Positions 44,148-53,111 of a DNA stretch of 64,000 nucleotides are shown in pieces. The translations under genes were made by a program, and so were the position numbers. The number at the start of each line of letters is the position of its first letter. The first letter of the stretch is position 1. This DNA comes from a virus. Taxonomy: Duplodnaviria; Heunggongvirae; Uroviricota; Caudoviricetes. Location: the IMG/VR virus record IMGVR_UViG_3300042890_004094; one strand, 5' to 3'. Below the pieces are notes generated by a model. That model was not told the DNA's origin. It worked only from the letters and a program-made list of their open reading frames with translations, and did no database searches.

Positions 44148-46289
44148 ATGACACCAATAACAATTTTAAGTAGAACTGTAGTAACGGATTCAGGTTTAGG
44201 TTTAACTAGGTGGAGATTCTACATATCTCAAACAGCGTATGAAGCAATAAATGAAGATCATTTTTCATTGACTTTAACACTTCTTTTATTTGACGATCAA
44301 GTTCGGCCATCATTGCCATCAGCACCATGGAGTGAAATATATGGCGATTCAGAGAATCCGATTACTTTTGATCCTTATGGTGTGGCTTGGTTTGTAGAGG
44401 AGGATACTGATACTGTTGCTGGTGGTTGGTATATAAGATTTAATGTGCCAGATGGTAATTCAAAGTTTACAGATATTGATCAATGGGATTTCTTTGAATT
44501 AAATGCAACAAGTGGATCATCTGGGACTAGTGGATCTTCGGGAACTAGTGGATCTTCGGGAACTAGTGGATCAGGAACTAGTGGAACAAGTGGATCAGGA
44601 ACTAGTGGAACAAGTGGATCAGGAACTAGTGGATCTTCGGGAACTAGTGGAACAAGTGGATCAGGAACAAGTGGATCATCAGGAACTAGTGGATCATCAG
44701 GAACTACAACTCCAACAAATTCATTAATACTATTAGAATGGAGTGGTGCATCTGATTTAGATGGTACTGTAGTGGGATATCAACTATCATATAAAACAAC
44801 AGGACCTTCTTTTATAAATATAGCTACTGTACCAGCCAATCTTAATGACCCATCTCATGGTAGTTATAGTTATACTCCAATACAACAAATTGCACATACA
44901 TTTAGAATAATAGCAGTTGATAATCTCGGAGCAGTTAGTGTACCCAAATATTATCAGCATCAGATTGTTGCAAACTATCAAATATCGAATTTATTTGACA
45001 CACAAACTACTACTAGTGCTTGTCAAATTACACAAGAAGGTGGTGCATATAGTTCTATTTTTCTTAGTGCAACTCCGATTGCAGTAGGTGTTATTGTTTT
45101 TACAAATGCGGAAAAGACAATTAGATATGCAGGAGGTAATAATTGTTGGATAATTAAAACTCCTGGAGGATTAGAATATTCTTGTAGAATAAATGGGTCT
45201 GGGGGCTCAACAGGTGGTGAAATAATCGAATTATACTTATGTAGTGGTGGTGGTGGTGTTGGTGATAATAGTGGTCTTATAACATTAGGCAGATCAAGTA
45301 TTCAAGGTGGTAATGGAGTTTGTTCATTGGGTTGGGATGTTCCTAAATACTGGCAAGATACATTAGCAATAGATACAATAATATATAATGATCCTGCATA
45401 TACTTCATTTTTTATTGGAAATTTAAAATATTACATTATCCAATATTTCAATGAGTTTGATTTGACAGTTGAGAATGTTGTACAAATAAATAATTTAGGT
45501 AAAATAACTTATATAAATAATAGAATTAATGCGTGTTCGTCTATTAAAACTGCACGAAGATCATTTGCATCCGGCATCTTCCCGGGAAATGACTCATGTA
45601 CTCTATCTACAGTTGGATGTTATATAAGAACAGTTGATGCTTATATTATTAATAATGGAGATATAGTATATAATGATATTCTTGGTGCAAGTGCATTTAA
45701 TGGAGGTGATCAATACTATAGATTATATCTAAACTCAAATTTGGGTGCTACTAGTGTAGCAGATTTAACTAATGCAATTGCAAAAGTTGGTATAAATGGA
45801 TTAGTAACAATATCTGGATATTGTGGTCTTTCTACTGAAGGTGGTTGCCCAGTACCAGAAACATTAATATTGCTAGCAAATGGTAAACAGATACCGGCAG
45901 GTGATGTAATGGTTGGTGATAAGGTATTTACATTACATGAGATTACATTTGAATTAGGTGAGTATGAGGTAAAAGAAAAAGAAATACTATATCAAGATAG
46001 ACTTCAGATAACATTTGAAGATGAGTCTATAATTAAAGTATCAGATACACATAAATTTTTAATGATTGATAAATCTTGGAAGAGTTCATATAAATTGGAG
46101 AACGGTGACATTATTAAAGGATTAGATATTGATAAAAAGATTATATCAATTGAGAAAATAGGTATTGGTGAAGTAGTTAGATTTAATATAATTGATGCAC
46201 ACACATATATTTCGGAAGGACTAATATCACATAACAAAGGTATAGATGATTATAATACTTATACACCTAATTTTACTAATAATCCATAA
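44148..46289 (+). CDS. Structural-like protein with Ser/Gly/Thr linker and C-terminal Hint (intein-like) domain
   Basis: 713 aa; (SGT)n low-complexity block; C-terminal C-PVPETLILLANGKQIPAGDVMVGDKVF...IIDAHTYISEGLISHN with only 17 aa after HN. Confidence 0.75.
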   Translation: MTPITILSRTVVTDSGLGLTRWRFYISQTAYEAINEDHFSLTLTLLLFDDQVRPSLPSAPWSEIYGDSENPITFDPYGVAWFVEEDTDTVAGGWYIRFNVPDGNSKFTDIDQWDFFELNATSGSSGTSGSSGTSGSSGTSGSGTSGTSGSGTSGTSGSGTSGSSGTSGTSGSGTSGSSGTSGSSGTTTPTNSLILLEWSGASDLDGTVVGYQLSYKTTGPSFINIATVPANLNDPSHGSYSYTPIQQIAHTFRIIAVDNLGAVSVPKYYQHQIVANYQISNLFDTQTTTSACQITQEGGAYSSIFLSATPIAVGVIVFTNAEKTIRYAGGNNCWIIKTPGGLEYSCRINGSGGSTGGEIIELYLCSGGGGVGDNSGLITLGRSSIQGGNGVCSLGWDVPKYWQDTLAIDTIIYNDPAYTSFFIGNLKYYIIQYFNEFDLTVENVVQINNLGKITYINNRINACSSIKTARRSFASGIFPGNDSCTLSTVGCYIRTVDAYIINNGDIVYNDILGASAFNGGDQYYRLYLNSNLGATSVADLTNAIAKVGINGLVTISGYCGLSTEGGCPVPETLILLANGKQIPAGDVMVGDKVFTLHEITFELGEYEVKEKEILYQDRLQITFEDESIIKVSDTHKFLMIDKSWKSSYKLENGDIIKGLDIDKKIISIEKIGIGEVVRFNIIDAHTYISEGLISHNKGIDDYNTYTPNFTNNP
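44508..44705 (+). repeat. Tandem 9/18-nt repeats encoding (S-G-T/S)n linker
   Basis: Repeated ggaactagtggatc(t/a)tc(g/a) units. Confidence 0.8.
45846..46235 (+). other. Hint/intein-like domain coding region within 44148..46289
   Basis: Starts at Cys of GGCPVPETLIL, ends at His-Asn of ISHN. Confidence 0.55.
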
Positions 46290-46298
46290 GTAGTATAA

Positions 46299-46319
46299 AA
46301 ATTTAATATATAGTTTATG
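46299..46319 (+). promoter_or_regulatory. Conserved motif AAATTTAATATATAGTTTATG fused to the start codon
   Basis: Identical 13-mer TATATAGTTTATG. Confidence 0.5.
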
Positions 46320-49300
46320 CCATTTATAGATACAAACTTAATACAGTCTTGGACTACATCAAATATACAATCACAGGTTGGTATTAACAGAAATGATTAC
46401 CAGGGTTTGTTCTATATTGATAATAGAACAAACGATAGTTTTCCTTATCCAACTGGATATACTTACACACAAGGTAAAAATTATCAAATAGTTACAACTG
46501 TGTTAAGTTCAAATTCAACAATTGGTGCGGAATTGTCTATTAAATTTGCCGCACCTTTTAAGAGTACAGTCGCTGCAACTACACCAGATGTGAATACTAC
46601 ATCATCTGGTGTAGAATTTTATACTTATGCAACACCTTTATCTACATTAAAATCAAAATCAATAGTCAGATATGGTGCTACCGAAGCTTTTACACAGTCA
46701 ATAATTACAAAATCTGTATTAAATGAAATTGACTTTTTAATAAATGGATTTAGAGAATATAGTGATTTATCAATGGCAATAGATGATATTTCACAACCAA
46801 ATGGTTGGTATTTTAACGAAATTAGTGGCTCATATAGGTACCATTGGCTTAATAATGGAGGTAGTTCTGCACCAGCATATTCAACATTTGGATCCGGATT
46901 AGATACTATAGTTAATCAAAATTTTATAGCAAAACCAATTGAATATGATGTTTTTGGGTTAGAGTTAAATTATAATTTTATAAACCGTACAGATCCAAGT
47001 GATGGTATGAATATTTATATAGTAAGAAGTGATTTATTAAAAGACCCAACAAGTTGGGGTCCTTCTATAGCAAATCTAACCGCAGCAAATACAGTATTTG
47101 CAACTAACAGTTTGCCAGGAATAAGTTCAAATGGTTCTAGAAACTATTTAGTTATTTCTGCATTAAGTGTTGGAACCTATTCTGCTTATTTAGATAATAT
47201 TTATATCTACGGTGCTTATCATAAAGATAACAATAGATTACAATTACCAACTGATAGTATATCATATTCAAATCCAACTTTATTGAATATTTCTATGATT
47301 TCTGCTACTTATTCACATGTACTACTACAAAATGGAACTCCTTATACACTAACATCTAGAATTGGTAATGGTTTATTTAGGTCAGGTATTTGGGAGAATG
47401 GTGTTTGGAATAGTGGTTGGAGGGATGATGAAGAAGCAAGAGACTTTGATGATGTTGCATTTTCAGTTTTAACTGAGTCTGATATTTCATGGAAAATTGA
47501 AATTAGGGGATCTACATACTCAATTGCAAATTTTGCAACTGGATCTGCAGTATCTATTGGTAATATTGTTGCAATAGATATAAATGATAATAGAAAACTT
47601 CTGGGAGACTATTATAAAATTGAAGACTTGGGTATTGGTTATAACTATTCACCAAGTGGTTCAACACAATCCACATATGGTTGGATTAGAGTAAATTTGA
47701 ATACTACTTTCCCTTATAGAAGAATTGAGAAGGATTCACAAAATCATAAGATAAAAGTAACTAAGAATATTTGGTTATCTGGTGGCTTCTTTAATGGTTA
47801 TTTCTCTGGTGTTTGGAACAATGGATTATTCAAAGGATATCCACTTATAACAGAGATGTTTAATACACACTGGATTGATGGATTCTTTAATGGAGGTCAT
47901 TTCAATTCTATCTATTCAGAGACTTATGAATTCACTAATTTGAATCCTCGTGAGGCGTGTACAAACGGTTATATAAATCTTACATTTGAGACACAACATA
48001 CATCATTTTTACCTGGAGATTATATCATGATTACCTTTGGAAGTGCAGTTCTTAATAGTGCTGGATATGGAGGAGTTGCACAAATTATCGCAATTGAACA
48101 TGTGGTTGATTCATCCGGTTCATTTAGAGATATTATTACAATTGATAAAATATTTACTGGTGATAGTATTATTACCGCAGCCGGTACTAATCTAGGTGTA
48201 ACTGTATTGGGATCGGTAGTAAGATATACTGGAACAGGTTTAATACAGAATTTTAAATTTTATGATAATAATAGATCTAAAATAAAATCTATTGATAATA
48301 TATTATCTACTGCAGTATTTAGTTTTAATTCCTGGATTGATGTAAATTACGATGAAACTAGAGCAGTAACTTTAGGTAGAGATTTTAGAATGTATGAACC
48401 ACTTACTAAAAAATCTATAAATAGAAATAATTTATATGGTTATCCAACATATGATGTTCTATCATCTTTATCACGTTTTAGAGATAGTAATACATTAGAT
48501 TATAAATTATATAAATTAGGTACTAAATATAAATTATTTACTGATTTTATTGGAAGTGCATCAGGTTTTAATGAGCCATTTAATGAGTTAGATTTTAGTA
48601 GCTTTACAAATGCAGGTTGGACTTCATCATATAATAATATAAATAACTTTTCTTTAAAAAGAACAGAAAATATAATATCATTAAACAATCAACTATCTAC
48701 TGATTTTTTAAATTCCGGTGTAACTGGTGATGAGTTACATGTATTGGCAAGTAATACTGGATTTATATTAAATAATAATAATATAAATATTTCAAAATCT
48801 AGGTATTCAGTTGTAGAGTTTGATGTAATAACACATAGTAGTGTAACTACTTTTAATTATAAAAATCCAGATATTTACATAATTAAAAGTATCAATAGTA
48901 TTGGTCTGACATTTAGCGAAACAATATTTGCAGGTGATGGTTCTACATCAAATAATAGTATAACAAGTGTTTATAATATAACTGGTCCAGTCACTATAAA
49001 TACCAATGATAGACCAATTGATGATATTTTGGTTATGGTTGATATTTATGGAGATGTTTCTGCAACAACAATTAATTTAGTTGCACCTAATGGTAAAATA
49101 ATAAATATTAAAAGAAATGGAAGTGGTTTAGGTACAAGATTATCAAATACTAAGTTTAGTTTAAGAGACGTATATACTAAATTTTCATCAATTACAACAC
49201 CATATAGTTTAAATAATACAACTACTTCTTATGCTGATACATATTTAATGGATAAAGAACTTGGACAAGGTGATGTGAATTCAACTCCCTCTCCACAATT

Positions 49301-50960
49301 TTTATCAGATAGTAATAAATTATCTGACCTTATTACTTTACCATACGGTGATTGGATCTTATACATTAAGTATAATCCAAATTCTGTAATTCCGTTTGAT
49401 TTAGTAAATTGGTCAATAGAAATTCAATATAGAGAGACTGTTAGTGTAGATACTGAACCAATTTCAACATTGCCGGTATTAAATTTATCTAACCTTAACT
49501 ATGATATTACTACACAATTATCAGGTTATGATAATGTACAGATTTATAAACAAATGAATTATCTACCAATACGACAAAATGTCAATCATTTAAAAGTGAG
49601 TAATACATTTAGATTAGACTCAATTGAGGACTCTAGACCTAGTAGATGGGGTGGTTTTGGGAAAAATCAACCAACTAAAAAGTATGAATATTTCTATAAT
49701 AAAACTGATATGATGTTAAATATCAATGGTAATGGTGTAACTGGAGCAAGTACATCAATGTTAGTATTGGATAATCTTAATATGTATGAAGTAGATATGA
49801 TTCCATTCTTTAAATACTTTGATGAGGTGAATATTTACAAAGGAATACAAATTCCTTATATCGGTGAAGCACCTAATATTGATTATTTAAACTCAGATTT
49901 TGTATTTGTTGATAATATTACAGTTGGTGTTGATGCAATTGATGCAAATGGTAATAATACTTTTTCTACAAATTGTGACCCTGTTATTGTAGTTGCTGCA
50001 ACACCGGTAGCTAGTACAACACCAATATTTAGAGTATATACAAATCCTGGTCAACCAACAAATCAAAATCCTTTTAATATAACACAAAATAATACTAATG
50101 CGATTCAACTATCTGCATATATATATGCAAATGGTATAAGTGATATTCCTTCATCAATTAGTTGGGCGATAATAACTGGCCCGGGTGCTAGTTTGAATAC
50201 TAGTTCTTCTCTAACGCCTATTATATCAGGATTAGTATCTGGTACTTATGTATTACGTGTTAGAGCAGTATCTGCTACTTATAGTAATGTGAATGGAGTA
50301 ATTGACTCTATATCCTGGGAAGCATTTATTAATATTGGTATTAGTGTACCTGTTGTACCAGGACCTGTTATAAATACCGGTAATCAAAATAAATTTAAAG
50401 GTATTACTTATAGTGTGGATGATATTAATTTACAAGCCTTTGCAAAAAGTTTTACATCTCCTGAGATAATAGGTGCATATAGTACTAGTGTGCCAGGTGG
50501 TGCAAGTACTATAAAAATTCTATCATTGCCATCAGTTGGAAAATTAGTTTTTGCTGGTGCCTCAGAATATGATAATTTATCAGTAAATAGTGTTGTTTTT
50601 GTATCTGATATAACTGATACTAGAATGGCTTATTCGGCGTGGGGTAATCCTCCAACTAATGATGGTATATCATTGGCATCAACTACACCAGAAGGTCAGT
50701 TCTATAGTACATCGTTTAAATATGTGATTATTGATACTGCAGGTAATCAATCTCTAGATATTACTATGACACTAACATGTACTAAAGGTGTTGTTTCTGT
50801 AACAACAATTGGTGGAAATACTGGGACAGGACCTTCACCAGGACAAGGACAAGAACAAGAAACTCCAGATCCTGAGCAGCCTGATCAACAATATGAACCA
50901 GGTGAAGAACAAGGATCACAAGAAGGGCAAGAAGGACCAGAGAATGATGGTTGGTGTTAA
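46317..50960 (+). CDS. Giant repeat protein (1547 aa), fibre/adhesin-like, acidic Gln/Glu/Pro-rich C-terminal tail
   Basis: W-x-N-G-x-W/F repeats (IWENGVWNSGW, WLSGGFFNGYFSGVWNNGLFKGY, HWIDGFFNGGHFNS); a short region (about 49000-49260) loosely resembles a proprotein-convertase P-domain; tail GPSPGQGQEQETPDPEQPDQQYEPGEEQGSQEGQEGPENDGWC. Confidence 0.75.
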   Translation: MPFIDTNLIQSWTTSNIQSQVGINRNDYQGLFYIDNRTNDSFPYPTGYTYTQGKNYQIVTTVLSSNSTIGAELSIKFAAPFKSTVAATTPDVNTTSSGVEFYTYATPLSTLKSKSIVRYGATEAFTQSIITKSVLNEIDFLINGFREYSDLSMAIDDISQPNGWYFNEISGSYRYHWLNNGGSSAPAYSTFGSGLDTIVNQNFIAKPIEYDVFGLELNYNFINRTDPSDGMNIYIVRSDLLKDPTSWGPSIANLTAANTVFATNSLPGISSNGSRNYLVISALSVGTYSAYLDNIYIYGAYHKDNNRLQLPTDSISYSNPTLLNISMISATYSHVLLQNGTPYTLTSRIGNGLFRSGIWENGVWNSGWRDDEEARDFDDVAFSVLTESDISWKIEIRGSTYSIANFATGSAVSIGNIVAIDINDNRKLLGDYYKIEDLGIGYNYSPSGSTQSTYGWIRVNLNTTFPYRRIEKDSQNHKIKVTKNIWLSGGFFNGYFSGVWNNGLFKGYPLITEMFNTHWIDGFFNGGHFNSIYSETYEFTNLNPREACTNGYINLTFETQHTSFLPGDYIMITFGSAVLNSAGYGGVAQIIAIEHVVDSSGSFRDIITIDKIFTGDSIITAAGTNLGVTVLGSVVRYTGTGLIQNFKFYDNNRSKIKSIDNILSTAVFSFNSWIDVNYDETRAVTLGRDFRMYEPLTKKSINRNNLYGYPTYDVLSSLSRFRDSNTLDYKLYKLGTKYKLFTDFIGSASGFNEPFNELDFSSFTNAGWTSSYNNINNFSLKRTENIISLNNQLSTDFLNSGVTGDELHVLASNTGFILNNNNINISKSRYSVVEFDVITHSSVTTFNYKNPDIYIIKSINSIGLTFSETIFAGDGSTSNNSITSVYNITGPVTINTNDRPIDDILVMVDIYGDVSATTINLVAPNGKIINIKRNGSGLGTRLSNTKFSLRDVYTKFSSITTPYSLNNTTTSYADTYLMDKELGQGDVNSTPSPQFLSDSNKLSDLITLPYGDWILYIKYNPNSVIPFDLVNWSIEIQYRETVSVDTEPISTLPVLNLSNLNYDITTQLSGYDNVQIYKQMNYLPIRQNVNHLKVSNTFRLDSIEDSRPSRWGGFGKNQPTKKYEYFYNKTDMMLNINGNGVTGASTSMLVLDNLNMYEVDMIPFFKYFDEVNIYKGIQIPYIGEAPNIDYLNSDFVFVDNITVGVDAIDANGNNTFSTNCDPVIVVAATPVASTTPIFRVYTNPGQPTNQNPFNITQNNTNAIQLSAYIYANGISDIPSSISWAIITGPGASLNTSSSLTPIISGLVSGTYVLRVRAVSATYSNVNGVIDSISWEAFINIGISVPVVPGPVINTGNQNKFKGITYSVDDINLQAFAKSFTSPEIIGAYSTSVPGGASTIKILSLPSVGKLVFAGASEYDNLSVNSVVFVSDITDTRMAYSAWGNPPTNDGISLASTTPEGQFYSTSFKYVIIDTAGNQSLDITMTLTCTKGVVSVTTIGGNTGTGPSPGQGQEQETPDPEQPDQQYEPGEEQGSQEGQEGPENDGWC

Positions 50961-50973
50961 AATAAAATATATT

Positions 50974-51504
50974 ATGAATATAAAATATGGTAAAATAGAA
51001 ATAGATATAGATATAGAGGATTGGAATGTTCCGGATGTAGTATCATTTTTTAGTTGGAGAGATGACTTCTTTAAAATACCTAATTCTGAAAAGTTTGATG
51101 TTTATTTACTTGGTAGTTTTTTACATAAATTACTTGATAATGTTGGTACTCCTAATGATATTGATATTATTTTGACGGGAAATCATAATATAGAGGATAT
51201 TGAAAATGTAATTTACCAAGGTATAAAAATAGGTATAGAGAAGTATGGTATATTCTTTGATATTCATTGGAATGAGGAAATACGTTATAATCCATATACT
51301 GCTGAAGAAACTAAATATTATGAATTCTATTCACATGGTAATAAGTTTATGAAAGATGGTAAAATTATAACAAGTTATAAATCTACAGTAAAGGTATCTG
51401 ATAGTTTATATAAAATTACTATAGATGGAAAAGTAGGTAAAAAACACACGGCTAGAATGAAAAGTGGTTATATTTATAAAGAACCACTTTTAATTAACTA
51501 CTAA
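50974..51504 (+). CDS. Small nucleotidyltransferase-motif protein, paralogue 1 (start set at first ATG after upstream stop; track ORF 50809 is a TTG-extended version)
   Basis: MNIKYGKIEIDID...LGSFLHKLLDNVGTPNDIDIILTGNHNIEDIENVIYQGIKIGIEKYGI...SGYIYKEPLLINY. Confidence 0.6.
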   Translation: MNIKYGKIEIDIDIEDWNVPDVVSFFSWRDDFFKIPNSEKFDVYLLGSFLHKLLDNVGTPNDIDIILTGNHNIEDIENVIYQGIKIGIEKYGIFFDIHWNEEIRYNPYTAEETKYYEFYSHGNKFMKDGKIITSYKSTVKVSDSLYKITIDGKVGKKHTARMKSGYIYKEPLLINY

Positions 51505-51521
51505 AAAATATATACTATTAT

Positions 51522-52094
51522 ATGAATATAAAATATGGTAAAATAGATATAGATATAGATAATTTGTGTGCACCAGATGTAGTATCATTTTTTAGTTGGA
51601 GAGATGACTTCTTTAAAATACCTAATTCTGAAAAGTTTGATGTTTATCTACATGGTAGCTTTTTACATAAATTACTTGATAATGTTGGTAATCCTAATGA
51701 TATTGATATTATTTTGACGGGAAATCATAATATAGAGGACATTGAAAATGTAATTTACCAAGGTATAAAAATAGGTATAGAGAAGTATGGTATCTTAATT
51801 GATATTCGTTGGGATGATAAGATAAACTATCTTTCTCCCGGATTAGCAAGTATTTGCGGATTTGATACATCTAAATCACTTGAAAATTCCTCTAATTCTG
51901 TAAACAATTATGAATTTTATGTACATGGTGATAAGTTGATAATTGATGGTAAAAACTGGAGGGGATATAAATCTACAATAAAGTTAGCAGATAGTTTATA
52001 CAAAGTTACCTACCTTGGAGAAGTAAGTGAAAAACACACAGCTAAAGCGAAAAGTGGTTATATTTACAAAGAACCACTTTTAATTAACTATTAA
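51522..52094 (+). CDS. Small nucleotidyltransferase-motif protein, paralogue 2 (tandem duplicate)
   Basis: Near-identical N-terminal 110 aa and C-terminal SGYIYKEPLLINY to paralogue 1; upstream DNA also duplicated. Confidence 0.65.
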   Translation: MNIKYGKIDIDIDNLCAPDVVSFFSWRDDFFKIPNSEKFDVYLHGSFLHKLLDNVGNPNDIDIILTGNHNIEDIENVIYQGIKIGIEKYGILIDIRWDDKINYLSPGLASICGFDTSKSLENSSNSVNNYEFYVHGDKLIIDGKNWRGYKSTIKLADSLYKVTYLGEVSEKHTAKAKSGYIYKEPLLINY

Positions 52095-52791
52095 TAATTA
52101 GTAAATATCCTACTTTACCAGGTTCATTTTTAGAACAATGACCCATTGCATCAATCTTAGTTTCATCACCAGTTAGTTTTATCTTAGTAAGTTTTTGTTT
52201 TCCTAAAATACGTTTTTCTCCTTTACAAGTTGTACAAGGATTTAAACCTACTTTACCTTTACCAAAACAAAATGGACAATCTTGATCTCTATATTTTCCA
52301 GTTCCTTCACATAAATCACATCCATCCTCAGAATCAAATATCTTTAGAATATTACCATCATTATCTTTGATAACAATTTTAGAAGAAAGATCTTTACCAG
52401 TACCATCACAAGGTTTACAACGAACCCATCTTTCATATTCTAATGTACCATCAAAAGTATCATCAACTTTAATATAAATATTATAGACTTCATTCTTTTT
52501 AAACTTTTCATATTTATCTTTAGTATCATCATATGAGTAGTCAAAGTTTGTTTCAAAAAGTTCAAAGTATTCGTTATAACAATTACCAAACTTACTTTTC
52601 TTGTCGTAGTCTTCTCTTTCTTCACCACAAAGGATATCATATGCTTCAGTTATTTCACCGAAGATAATTGGATCACCACCTTTGTCTGGGTGGTTAGTAA
52701 AAGAAAGTTTATAGTAAGCTTTCTTAATTTCTTTTTCAGTTGATGTATTTAAAACTCCAAGTAGTGCATAATAATTTTTATTTAGATTCAT
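52084..52791 (-). CDS. DnaJ-like protein (J domain plus CxxCxGxG zinc-finger repeats)
   Basis: YYALLGV...KAYYKLSFTNHPDKGGD (HPD motif); CKPCDGTGK, CDLCEGTGK, CPFCFGKGK, CTTCKGEKR. Confidence 0.8.
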   Translation of the reverse strand: MNLNKNYYALLGVLNTSTEKEIKKAYYKLSFTNHPDKGGDPIIFGEITEAYDILCGEEREDYDKKSKFGNCYNEYFELFETNFDYSYDDTKDKYEKFKKNEVYNIYIKVDDTFDGTLEYERWVRCKPCDGTGKDLSSKIVIKDNDGNILKIFDSEDGCDLCEGTGKYRDQDCPFCFGKGKVGLNPCTTCKGEKRILGKQKLTKIKLTGDETKIDAMGHCSKNEPGKVGYLLIINS

Positions 52792-52984
52792 CTAGTAATT
52801 CATTTATTTTTTCTTGTAGAATTGGGAAATCATAATTTAGAACTATATCTGACATTTCTTCTGAAAATTCATCTTCAAATATTAAACAATCACTATTCTC
52901 AATAAATTGAACTAAACTTGTTAATCCACTACTGTAAACATTTAAAATTTTTTCCTTACTTAAATAACGCTTATTAAATCCCAT
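52778..52984 (-). CDS. Hypothetical protein (68 aa)
   Basis: ORF overlapping the DnaJ start by 14 nt. Confidence 0.4.
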   Translation of the reverse strand: MGFNKRYLSKEKILNVYSSGLTSLVQFIENSDCLIFEDEFSEEMSDIVLNYDFPILQEKINELLDESK

Positions 52985-53111
52985 ATTTTTCTTAATTTAT
53001 TTATTTTTATTACTCTATTCCAAATTCTGTTTTGTATTCCGTTTACTCCAATTGTTCCGGACATTCCAGTAGGTCCAAATGTTATACTATTATTCATATT
53101 TTCTAAAAAGT

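Noticed and set aside
44503-44727. ORF 44503..44727 (+) as a separate gene
   Set aside because: It is an alternative frame through the (SGT)n tandem repeat of the 44148..46289 gene and translates to a low-complexity LVDQE repeat.
49000-49260. Confident call of a proprotein-convertase P-domain in the 1547-aa protein
   Set aside because: Only a loose resemblance (VDIYGDVSATTINLVAPNGKIINIKRNG). Kept as a comment rather than a feature.
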